From: Cyanobacteria bacterium J06626_4 | Lineage (GTDB): Bacteria; Cyanobacteriota; Cyanobacteriia; Phormidesmidales; Phormidesmidaceae | Direction of reading: 5' to 3' | NCBI GenBank assembly: GCA_038523235.1 | Contig: JBCBJQ010000122.1 | Coordinates: 1 to 16,604 of the forward strand | DNA length: 16,604 bases | In this document: in pieces, positions 1 through 8,290 of the stretch | Layout: every line of letters begins with the position of its first letter | Position numbering within the stretch: the first letter of the stretch is position 1 | Program-made: the position numbers and the translations under genes | The notes under the pieces: model-generated | Told to the model about the DNA's origin: nothing | The model's database searches: none | What the model saw: only the letters and a program-made list of their open reading frames with translations

Positions 1-135
1 GCCAATGCCCTCTAGTAATGAGGATTTCCCAGAGTTATTCCTGCCAACTATCACATTTATGCCCGTGTCAAAGTTAATACGGCCAGAATCAATAAATGTC
101 TTGTATTCAAATAATTGAAGATGTTTCAGAATCAT
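1..135 (-). CDS. N-terminus of ABC/SMC-type P-loop ATPase (AAA_15/AAA_21, OLD/RecF-like), partial, runs off left edge
   Basis: Manual translation from the minus-strand ATG at 135 gives MILKHLQLFEYKTFIDSGRINFDTGINVIVGRNNSGKSSLLEGIG, open to the edge. It has the typical beta-strand start followed by Walker A GRNNSGKS. Not in the ORF track. Confidence 0.85.
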   Translation of the reverse strand, partial: MILKHLQLFEYKTFIDSGRINFDTGINVIVGRNNSGKSSLLEGIG

Positions 136-293
136 TTTGTAAGGAGGAGAGATCGTTTTCCGGAATTAAAGTGAACTATCCCAAGCCGTAATCAAAGATA
201 TTTACTTCTTTTCCTTTCTTTTTATTGTCGTGAACTACTCAGGCACAAAATTGGTGTTTCGTACTATCTAGAGTCGCAAAATCAGCCAGTTTT

Positions 294-356
294 GGGGCAT
301 TAGTTTTGAAGTCTTCAACGATATCAGAAACGAAGTTTTCTAAACACTAATGCCTT
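294..356. repeat. Imperfect long inverted repeat (bulged hairpin)
   Basis: GGCATTAGT (296-304) pairs with ACTAATGCC (346-354). Pairing continues inward (TTT, GAA, CTTC) with single-base bulges on the right arm. Confidence 0.6.
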
Positions 357-671
357 TTCAGTACAGACGTGCTGGATATTCTATGTGGAAACGGTTGCGC
401 TGAGAATGCCATAAGAAAGGTGAGCTTCTATGGTAAAAGTTCAGAAAAGTCGAGTATAGCTTGTTGCTGGTCGAGAGGCAGTTATCAAGGAGGGATTGTT
501 CGAGGTTTGCTAGGCTTTGCATAGCAGAAGTCTCTGCAGATAATGTTTAGTTTAAAGCAGTTTGCCTTGAGTGACGATCACTGACGGTTAGCAGGTTTCT
601 ATCGGTCGGCTACTCCATTTTCAGAACAGTCAGTTTTCATTGTCTCAAAACGGCATCCAAAAACTGAATTA

Positions 672-727
672 CTTATTGATAAACTGAATGATGGACAGCG
701 CTAATCATCATTCAGTTTATCAATAAG
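672..727. repeat. Perfect 22-bp inverted repeat with 12-nt loop
   Basis: CTTATTGATAAACTGAATGATG (672-693) and CATCATTCAGTTTATCAATAAG (706-727) are exact reverse complements. Confidence 0.95.
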
Positions 728-813
728 CAAGGGCTGTAATCCGATGTCTGTGAACACTGCCCGTCCATTACTGTTCAAGAGCTGTAAGCAAATTGCAGAA
801 ATTATGCAATCGC

Positions 814-1650
814 CTAAAGCTTTTTTGAGTTCTTCGTTTTGACATAGTCATACAACCCTTCCATCGTGTCGATAAAAGAATTGTCCCGCTGCCAAAACTC
901 CGGAAAGTCGCCCTGCTTTTTGACCAGCACCGCTGAAACCGGGGACGGCGTCGCCACTTCCAGGGTGGGGGGAAGGCGTTTTTCGCCCTGCCAGAAGTCT
1001 TTGAGACTGAGGTCACTGACGGGTTGGGTTTGAGGAGCGGTGAAATAGCGATCGCGGGGTCGAGGGGGCTGCTGCTCAGCCGATAGCTCAGCGGCGAGGG
1101 CTTGGCCGAGGGGCGTTTGGGCGAGTTGAGCTTGCAGGGCATCGCGCGGTAACCCGCGCAGCTCAAACAGCAAAAATGGATCGCTGTCTAGTTCGGCGGC
1201 GATGCGGTAATACAGTCCCGCGATGTGCTTGCAGGGGTTGCTCCAGTCGGGGCACGAGCACTGAGTATGAAAGTCGTGCTCGCTGGCGGGCAGTAGGTGC
1301 AGGCCCAGCGTCGCAAAGCTGTCTTCAATGTTGTCGGGAATTTCGTTGAGCAACAGCCGAGAAATCAGACTGGCTTTTGACCCCATGAGCGCAATGACGG
1401 CAGCCCACTTGGCTTTGCTGATGGGCTCAAAGTCGATGACCGTGTGGTACCGAGGCTCTTTGTGCACGCCGAAATAGGGGTTCGCGTTGCCGCGAATTTG
1501 CGCGACCGCCGTGCCATCTTGGATGTCGAAGTGGAGAATGCGATTTGGTTTTGAGTAGGAGCGCCCCCGACTCAAACGACCCGCATCCGTCAGCTGTTCG
1601 ATCGCCTCAATAAATTTTTGCCCCCACCAGGTTCGACTCATTTTGGCCAT
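814..1650 (-). CDS. SWIM zinc-finger protein (YwqB/Rv2102-like partner of SNF2 helicases)
   Basis: SWIM motif CSCPDWSNPCKH, plus WWGQKF, GRLSRGRSY and DPFLLFELRG segments typical of this family. Starts 5 nt after the SNF2 stop. Confidence 0.92.
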   Translation of the reverse strand: MAKMSRTWWGQKFIEAIEQLTDAGRLSRGRSYSKPNRILHFDIQDGTAVAQIRGNANPYFGVHKEPRYHTVIDFEPISKAKWAAVIALMGSKASLISRLLLNEIPDNIEDSFATLGLHLLPASEHDFHTQCSCPDWSNPCKHIAGLYYRIAAELDSDPFLLFELRGLPRDALQAQLAQTPLGQALAAELSAEQQPPRPRDRYFTAPQTQPVSDLSLKDFWQGEKRLPPTLEVATPSPVSAVLVKKQGDFPEFWQRDNSFIDTMEGLYDYVKTKNSKKL

Positions 1651-1655
1651 GCTGC

Positions 1656-4600
1656 TTACTCCAAAATTGCGCTCTTGTTCAACGCGATTAATTCCTTAAA
1701 GGCGTCGTTGTCGAGTTCCGTCAGCCACGACTCGTCGGCCCCGACGATCGCCCCCGCCAGCTTTTTCTTATCCTCGATCATTTGGTCAATGCGCTCCTCC
1801 AGCGTCCCCAGGGTGACAAACTTGTGGACGAAGACGTTCTCCTTTTGGCCGATGCGGAAGGCGCGATCGGTGGCCTGGTCTTCGACGGCGGGGTTCCACC
1901 AGCGATCGAAATGAAAGACGTGATTCGCTTTGGTCAGGGTGATGCCGACGCCAGCCGCCTTGAGGGACAGGATGAAAATGGTCGGCGGCGTTTCCGGATC
2001 TTGGAAGGCGCTAATCATCTGCTCTCGCTTATTGCGGTTGGTGCCGCCGTGGATGTAGTAGGTGGGGTAGTGGCGACTGTGGCGCAGGTGGTGTTCTAGG
2101 GCGTCACCGATTTCGCGAAACTGGCTGAACACGAGGGCGCTTTCGCCTTCTTCGATCACCTCTTCCAGCATTTCGGTAAGGCGGCTGAGCTTGTGCGATC
2201 GCGTCGGCGCAAATTCGCTTTCGTCTTGCAAGAACTGGCGGGGATGGTTGCAGATCTGCTTGAGTTTAGTCAATGTGGCGAGAATCAGCCCCTTGCGCTG
2301 GATGCCCTCAGTGCTTTCGATCTGTTCCGCCACGTCTTTGAGCACCGCTTCATAAAGGGAGGCTTGCTCTTTGGTGAGGTTGCAAAACAGCTTTTGCTCC
2401 ACCTTGTCGGGCAAGTCTTTGATAATGCTCTGATCGGTTTTGAGCCGCCGCAAAATGAATGGCTCCACCAGTTTTTTCAACGTGGCAGAACGTCGCGGAC
2501 TGTTGTCCCGTTGAATCGGCACCTCGAACTGCTTGCGAAACTGACCTTGGGTGCCCAGATAGCCCGGATTGAGGAAATTGAAGATCGACCAGAGATCGAG
2601 CAGACGGTTTTCGACTGGGGTACCGGTGAGGGCTAGTCGGTGATTGGCCTCCAGCTTGAGGATGGCTTTGGTCTGAGCCGCTTTGGGATTTTTGATGTTT
2701 TGCGCTTCATCCAGCACGACGCGATGCCAGTTGACCGCGCCAAACAGCTTGGCATCTTTGCGGGCCAGGGTAAAGGAGGTGATCACCACATCATGGTCGC
2801 GACAGAGGGCTTTGAAGGCTTTGGCATCCTTGGCGCGATCGCTGCCGTGATGCACTACTGCCGTCAGCTCTGGCGCAAATTTCTCGACTTCGTGCTGCCA
2901 ATTGCCCAGCACCGAGGTTGGCCCAATCAGCAGCGTGGGGGGCACGTTGGCCCCGGCCTCGGCAGCCAGTTCTCGCTCTTGCACCAGGCGCGCAATCACC
3001 TGAATGGTTTTGCCCAGCCCCATATCGTCGGCCAGACAGCCGTTCAGCCCCAGACTTTCCAGATAGTGCAGCCAAGACAGGCCCCGCTGCTGATATTCCC
3101 GCAGCGTGCCGTGAAACTGGGCCAGGTCGTCGGTAATTTGCAGGCGAGCTTTATCGCTGAGTTGGGTGAGCATCGTGGCCAGCGCATCGCCGCGATCGAA
3201 GTTGACCTCCAGGTCATCCTCATCCTCGCTGGCGGCGAGCTTCATAAAGTCGAGCAGGCTCATTTCGGGGTGGTCGGCCTGCTGCTCTTTCCAGAACGCC
3301 AGCATTTGCCGCATCTTGTCTTGATCTAGCTCCATCCACTGCCCGCGAAACTTGACCAGGGGCGATTTGGCCGATACCAGCTGCTGCCACTCTTGCTCGC
3401 TGACGGGCTGATCGCCGATCGCCAACGCGTACTGATACTGCACCAGTGTCTCAAAGGAAAAGTAGCTTTTGCTCTTGTCGTTACCACCGAGGGATTTGCC
3501 CTGGGCTTTGAGTTTGACCTTGGCCCGACGGCGTCCCTGCGGCGTCCACCAGGCGGGGATGATTACCTTGTACCCAGAATCTTCTAGCACCCAAGCCGCC
3601 TCTTTGAGAAAGTTAAAGGCGGTGTCAAGATCCACCGTAATGCCGACCGGCTCATCGGTTTCCAACCCGGCCCAAAAGCGGGGATAAATGCGGGCGGCGT
3701 AGCCCAAATTCATCAGCAAATGCTGCTCAAACTCATCACCGAACTGTTTACGCAACTCCTGTTGTTGAGTACCACGCAGTCGCCAAAAATCGAGCAGAGC
3801 AATTTGTAAGGAAGGGTCGTGCTTCGGAGCCACGTAAAACAGAATTTGCCAAGGATCTTCCGGCTTGGCAGGTTCCTCCAGCTTGAAGGCGATGTGGAAG
3901 GGGGCGGCGGTTTCGGAACGGCTGATGCGATCGCGCCAGCGCTGCCACTGCTGATACCGTTCTTGCTGGGGCGCAGTTCCCCCAAAAGGCTGGCGTAAGT
4001 CGTGCTTCAAACAGTCTTGAATCAGCGAATGCTCGATCCGCTTGAGATAAGCCTGAGGTAACGCCCAGGCGGTGATGCGCACCAGCTCATGCACCCAGCA
4101 TTCAGAAAAGTGACGCAGCAGGGTCTCGCGATCGCGCAGCGTCAGTTGGTCGAGGGCGGCCTCAAAGCCCGCCGTGCAGAGCAGGGGCATGTATTCGACG
4201 TAGGCTTGGATGTCAGCTTCGTAGCGATCGCCGATAATTTCCCACCCGGGATACACCTCAAAGTCGCCGCCTAGGGTTGGGGTCTCGCTGTGCGGCTTGG
4301 CTGAGCGAGCCTTCGAGCGGGACTTTGATGATGATTTTGCGGCGCGTTTGCCAGATTTGGACTGTGGTTTGGTCGCCGTCTCGGCAGCTGCCAAACGGTG
4401 ATATTTCAGCGCGGGAATGTACTGGTCGCGGAGAATCACCTGTTTGAAGGTTTGGGTGTAGTGATACCAAAACAGTAGATCTGCTCCCAGTTGCACCTCT
4501 GTCAGGTTATAGGTGGCGAGAAAGTGCAGGTCACTCAGCGTACTGATGAGGGTTGTATTATCCTTGAGCCGGTAGCAGTCCACTTGCCAGTACTGCCAGT

Positions 4601-4907
4601 CAAAGGAATCGGGCGGGTCGATCTCCAGATAGCGCGACATTTCCAGAGACGGCAGCGGCTCGTCATCGACCGTTGGCAACAGGAAATATCGCGGCGCGAT
4701 GTGATCTTCTAGCGATCGATAATCGGGAGATTTGATTCCTAGTTCCTGAGGCAAAAAGGTCGCCAAATCTGGCTCGAAGAGATGGCGAGGATGGCCTTCA
4801 CGATGGCGACGACTTTTTTCCGCCGTTTCGACCCACAGGCAAAACGCGCCCGACTGCACAAAATCGTCGGTGGGCTGCGGTATCCAGGTGCCGTGAAGGA
4901 TATGCAT
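1656..4907 (-). CDS. SNF2-family helicase-like ATPase (YwqA/HelZ-like, with SNF2-associated N-terminal region)
   Basis: Motif I LADDMGLGKT, II VLDEAQNIKN, III LTGTPVEN, V SLKAAGVGITLT and VI QATDRAFRIGQ; 1083 aa. Confidence 0.96.
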   Translation of the reverse strand: MHILHGTWIPQPTDDFVQSGAFCLWVETAEKSRRHREGHPRHLFEPDLATFLPQELGIKSPDYRSLEDHIAPRYFLLPTVDDEPLPSLEMSRYLEIDPPDSFDWQYWQVDCYRLKDNTTLISTLSDLHFLATYNLTEVQLGADLLFWYHYTQTFKQVILRDQYIPALKYHRLAAAETATKPQSKSGKRAAKSSSKSRSKARSAKPHSETPTLGGDFEVYPGWEIIGDRYEADIQAYVEYMPLLCTAGFEAALDQLTLRDRETLLRHFSECWVHELVRITAWALPQAYLKRIEHSLIQDCLKHDLRQPFGGTAPQQERYQQWQRWRDRISRSETAAPFHIAFKLEEPAKPEDPWQILFYVAPKHDPSLQIALLDFWRLRGTQQQELRKQFGDEFEQHLLMNLGYAARIYPRFWAGLETDEPVGITVDLDTAFNFLKEAAWVLEDSGYKVIIPAWWTPQGRRRAKVKLKAQGKSLGGNDKSKSYFSFETLVQYQYALAIGDQPVSEQEWQQLVSAKSPLVKFRGQWMELDQDKMRQMLAFWKEQQADHPEMSLLDFMKLAASEDEDDLEVNFDRGDALATMLTQLSDKARLQITDDLAQFHGTLREYQQRGLSWLHYLESLGLNGCLADDMGLGKTIQVIARLVQERELAAEAGANVPPTLLIGPTSVLGNWQHEVEKFAPELTAVVHHGSDRAKDAKAFKALCRDHDVVITSFTLARKDAKLFGAVNWHRVVLDEAQNIKNPKAAQTKAILKLEANHRLALTGTPVENRLLDLWSIFNFLNPGYLGTQGQFRKQFEVPIQRDNSPRRSATLKKLVEPFILRRLKTDQSIIKDLPDKVEQKLFCNLTKEQASLYEAVLKDVAEQIESTEGIQRKGLILATLTKLKQICNHPRQFLQDESEFAPTRSHKLSRLTEMLEEVIEEGESALVFSQFREIGDALEHHLRHSRHYPTYYIHGGTNRNKREQMISAFQDPETPPTIFILSLKAAGVGITLTKANHVFHFDRWWNPAVEDQATDRAFRIGQKENVFVHKFVTLGTLEERIDQMIEDKKKLAGAIVGADESWLTELDNDAFKELIALNKSAILE

Positions 4908-5099
4908 ATCGCTTCCCCAAACAGACCAGTCTCACTGTTTAGGGTGATTGAAGCAGCTTTATCACCGGACGACAGTGCCTTGTTAACATCTTGCAACGCG
5001 ATCGCCCGCTACTGGCCGGACAGTCAGTGGTCAATGTCATCGTTAAAGTGGAACTGAGCCCATCGGTTTAACCTCTCTCGCATTTTCCCTCAGTGTCTT

Positions 5100-5489
5100 A
5101 TGGTGACGGGATTTCGCTGGATTACGTTGCTCTACTGGATGCTGAGCGCCTTTGGCCTGTTGGCGCTACATCTTTTGATGCTAGGCATTCCCGGTGCGAT
5201 CGCCTACGAAGGCTGGCAGGTCGTTCTTAATACCCTCTTGCAGCGCGAAGTGATTGCTGACACGTCTGGTTTGGGCTCAGGAACTTGGGTGTTGGTGCTC
5301 TATTTGGGGGTGTTTCTACCGTGGGGATTGCCGCTGGGCTATGTGCTGACAGCTTGGCTCCCTCGTGCTCGGATGCAGCGCTTGCCATCCCTTGTCCGTG
5401 CTCGCATCACCTGGATCTTGCTAATCGAACTTTTGTGGACACTGGCCGTTGTCTTGTTCTTTAGCGCATCTGTCCATGAAATGACTTAG
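5100..5489 (+). CDS. Hypothetical membrane protein (about 3 TM segments)
   Basis: 129-aa ORF with three hydrophobic stretches and an internal HIP1 site; divergent from SNF2. Confidence 0.65.
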   Translation: MVTGFRWITLLYWMLSAFGLLALHLLMLGIPGAIAYEGWQVVLNTLLQREVIADTSGLGSGTWVLVLYLGVFLPWGLPLGYVLTAWLPRARMQRLPSLVRARITWILLIELLWTLAVVLFFSASVHEMT

Positions 5490-5526
5490 CCTGATCACCG
5501 TTGTGGCAACCACAACTGTCGCTCCC

Positions 5527-5553
5527 GGCAAATGGCAAATGGCAAATGGCAAT
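5527..5553 (+). repeat. Heptamer tandem repeat (GGCAAAT)x3 + GGCAAT, STRR-like
   Basis: Read directly from the sequence; short heptamer tandems are known in filamentous cyanobacteria. Confidence 0.8.
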
Positions 5554-5623
5554 GTCAGATTTCATCGTTTCATCGGCAGTCTTCAGGCTGCTGAATGTTA
5601 GATTTCATCGTTTTATCGGCAGT
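5551..5623 (+). repeat. 30-bp direct repeat, 2 copies, 43-bp period
   Basis: AATGTCAGATTTCATCGTTTCATCGGCAGT (5551-5580) vs AATGTTAGATTTCATCGTTTTATCGGCAGT (5594-5623): 28/30 identical, 13-nt spacer. Confidence 0.9.
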
Positions 5624-5831
5624 GAGCAAGCTGTTCAAGGAGGAGTCGTTTTACGCTGGGGAATGTTAAAACCAGCGACTACTCAGTCCGGCGCAATTGC
5701 CTTGTCCGCTCATGCGTGGGTCTGACCCGGTTGTGTGATGCCTAGCCCAGCCAGACGACGGGTGTAGAACACATAAGGTTCTCATCGAGAAACTCCTAAC
5801 GACGCTGCTTGACCACGTTGCCACCTGGATT

Positions 5832-7421
5832 TTGTTTAGAGACGAACGGGGCGTTTATCAGTTTTGTAACCCGGCGTTTTCTACCCTGGTCGGCTGTCAC
5901 AGCTCAGCGATTATCGGTCAGCGCCAGCTGCCTGCGGCTGTGACCCCTGATTGGCTCGCCACCCTAGAAATGACCTTCGACCAAATCGAGCGCAATGGCC
6001 AAACGCATGATGAGCAGGCGCTTACTACCGCAGCGGGACAAATTCGGTGGTTTCAGATTCAGGGGTTTGTCGTTGCTGAGCCCACCCACCGAGGCAGCGC
6101 GATCGTGGGCCATGACATTACCCAGCTAAAACAACAGTCTGTAGATGCTCAACCGTCACTATTGCAGAGCATCTACGACGGGGCAGAAACCCCCATTTTC
6201 GCAGTCGATGTGCTGGCGGAAGAGCGCTATCAGTTTGCTAGTTTCAACCAGGTGGCTGAGCGTAACATGCAGGTCGCACCGGGCTCGCTCGTAGGTCAGC
6301 AGCCGAACGAGTCGGTGGTGGAAAAATATAACGCCTGCTGCGAGAGCGGCCAGCCGTTTGTCTACGAAGAGTATTTGCAGTTCAACGAGCAAGATACCTG
6401 GTGGTTGACCACGCTCAACCCGCTGCGAGACGAGACCGGGCAGATCTATCGTTTGGTGGGCACGACCATTGACATCACCCGGCGACATCAGGCCGAGGTG
6501 CGTCTGCAGGAGAAAGCCGCAGAATTGGAGCAGGCCCTGACTCAGCTGAAATTGACCCAGGCTCAGCTGGTGCAAAGCGAAAAAATGTCGAGCCTCGGGC
6601 AGTTGGTGGCGGGCATCGCCCACGAAATCAATAACCCAGTGTCTTTTATCTTTGGCAACATCGGGTATGCCTCTGAATATGTGGAAGAGCTTGTGTCGCT
6701 GCTGCAGCTCTATCAAGCAGAATATCCCCAGCCTGCCCCCGCCGTTCAAGAGCATGCTGATGCGATCGACATCAAGTTCGTTCTCAAAGATTTAGAGCAG
6801 CTATTTGGATCGTTAAAGGGGGGCGCAGAGCGAATTCAGGCGATTGTACTGTCGTTGCGCAACTTCGCGCGGCTAGACGAAGCCGATATGAAGCCCTCAG
6901 ATATCCATGCGGGCATCGAGAGTACGCTGATGATGCTACAAAATCGGCTCGGTACGGCTGATCGCCCCACTGGCCCCGGTGAAATTCAAGTGGAGGTGTC
7001 CTATGGGCAAATTCCCGAAATTCTGTGTTTTCCGCGGCAGCTCAATCAGGTCTTTTTGAATGTGCTGACTAATGCCATTGACGCACTAGAGGGCAAGTTT
7101 CACCCTGATACCCACGACTCAACCTCGGCTAGCCCGAACCCCGATCGCCTCAGCTCCGATCAACTGCCCACAATTTGGATTAACACACAACTCACTGACG
7201 GCGGCATCGAGATTAGGATTCGAGATAGCGGACCGGGCGTATCGGCGGCGGACCAGCCCCGCATCTTTGACCCCTTTTTTACCACTAAGCCGGTCAGTCA
7301 AGGCACCGGCATGGGATTAGCCATTGCTTACCAGATTGTCGTGCAGCAACATCAAGGGCAGATACGCTGCATCACGCAGCCGGGAGAAGGAACGACGCTT
7401 AGGATTTGGCTGCCCCAATAG
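5832..7421 (+). CDS. Cytoplasmic PAS-PAS sensor histidine kinase (true start uncertain, probably upstream)
   Basis: Two PAS/PAC-like units ending in GHDIT and TIDIT; H-box GIAHEINNP, N-box LNQVFLNVLTNAIDA, DSGPG, FDPFFTTK and GTGMGL. Confidence 0.9.
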   Translation: MFRDERGVYQFCNPAFSTLVGCHSSAIIGQRQLPAAVTPDWLATLEMTFDQIERNGQTHDEQALTTAAGQIRWFQIQGFVVAEPTHRGSAIVGHDITQLKQQSVDAQPSLLQSIYDGAETPIFAVDVLAEERYQFASFNQVAERNMQVAPGSLVGQQPNESVVEKYNACCESGQPFVYEEYLQFNEQDTWWLTTLNPLRDETGQIYRLVGTTIDITRRHQAEVRLQEKAAELEQALTQLKLTQAQLVQSEKMSSLGQLVAGIAHEINNPVSFIFGNIGYASEYVEELVSLLQLYQAEYPQPAPAVQEHADAIDIKFVLKDLEQLFGSLKGGAERIQAIVLSLRNFARLDEADMKPSDIHAGIESTLMMLQNRLGTADRPTGPGEIQVEVSYGQIPEILCFPRQLNQVFLNVLTNAIDALEGKFHPDTHDSTSASPNPDRLSSDQLPTIWINTQLTDGGIEIRIRDSGPGVSAADQPRIFDPFFTTKPVSQGTGMGLAIAYQIVVQQHQGQIRCITQPGEGTTLRIWLPQ

Positions 7422-7654
7422 TCGGCATTTCAGTCACAACGGGGGGCGATCGCAAATGACGTAAACGTTGGGTTTCTCACCTGTCCACGTTCTGGGATTC
7501 ATCCAGAGCAACCAGGCAAATCTAGCCTTCTTTATTAGAAGGGAGTTGAAAGCATTAACCACATGACGTTTGTGTTGACCGGGTACGAACGGAAATATAT
7601 CCACTAGGACCCTAGCAATTTGAGCACTCTGACCCAACACACTGTCATATTGTA

Positions 7655-8173
7655 TTACTGAGCACTAAAGAAGGTTTTTTGTAAGATATACATCCGTATA
7701 ACGTCCCGATATTTCCCGCCGATAAAAACTTCTTGGATCAAACGACCTTCTTCAGTAAACCCCGACTGCTTATAGAGATGAATTGCTTTTTCATTTTCCA
7801 CTGCAACCAGAAGATATACTTTGTTGAGGTTGAGAATAGAGAAAGCATAGTCTAAGGCTTGTGAAATAAGAGATCTTGCCAACCCTTTGCCTTGATAATC
7901 CGGTGAAACAATGATGGCAAACTCTGATGTTCTATGGATGTAGTCAATTTCAAGTAATTCTACCAGTCCTACCGAGTTGCCGTCGCTACCTTCAGCAATG
8001 AAGCGTCTTTCTGTATTGTCGTGAATGTGCTTTTCGTATAAGTCTTCTAACTCATCAAATGATTCATACGGTTCCTCAAACCAGTAGGTCATTATATTGC
8101 GATTATTATTTAATTTATGAATAAATTCTAGGTCTGTCTTTTCTAGAGCTCGCAATGTTAATTGCTCAGGCAT
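7655..8173 (-). CDS. speG: Spermidine N1-acetyltransferase (GNAT)
   Basis: Signature [29 protein letters not shown] and acetyl-CoA motif QGKGLA. The ATG at 8173 ([11 protein letters not shown]) gives 172 aa, the expected SpeG size, so it is preferred over the GTG at 8239. Confidence 0.92.
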   Translation of the reverse strand: MPEQLTLRALEKTDLEFIHKLNNNRNIMTYWFEEPYESFDELEDLYEKHIHDNTERRFIAEGSDGNSVGLVELLEIDYIHRTSEFAIIVSPDYQGKGLARSLISQALDYAFSILNLNKVYLLVAVENEKAIHLYKQSGFTEEGRLIQEVFIGGKYRDVIRMYILQKTFFSAQ

Positions 8174-8263
8174 GAGTCTGCACAACTTAGCGATCGGTAT
8201 ATCTAAAGATGATTGAAAAGTGAGGATGCTTTTCGTCACTCTAGCCGTTTCAGCATAGCAATT

Positions 8264-8290
8264 TATTATGCAGAATCTGTCTGCATAATA
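8264..8290. repeat. Perfect 11-bp inverted repeat upstream of speG (operator or recombination-site-like)
   Basis: TATTATGCAGA-atctg-TCTGCATAATA. Confidence 0.8.

Noticed and set aside
136..813. Definite retron msr-msd or attC call
   Set aside because: No clear a1/a2 repeats or RYYYAAC/GTTRRRY boxes, and no reverse transcriptase or integrase in the window.
1618..5057. Numerous plus-strand and alternate-frame ORFs overlapping SNF2/SWIM (e.g. 2640-3329, 2193-2636)
   Set aside because: Shadow ORFs of a GC-rich, well-supported gene; no recognisable motifs.
5551..5623. CRISPR array
   Set aside because: Only two units, a 13-nt spacer, and no cas genes in the window.
6159..6755. 198-aa minus-strand ORF (likewise 9716-10444)
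   Set aside because: Antisense shadows of the kinase and dehydrogenase genes.
8174..8239. Extended speG N-terminus from GTG 8239
   Set aside because: SpeG similarity begins at ATG 8173.
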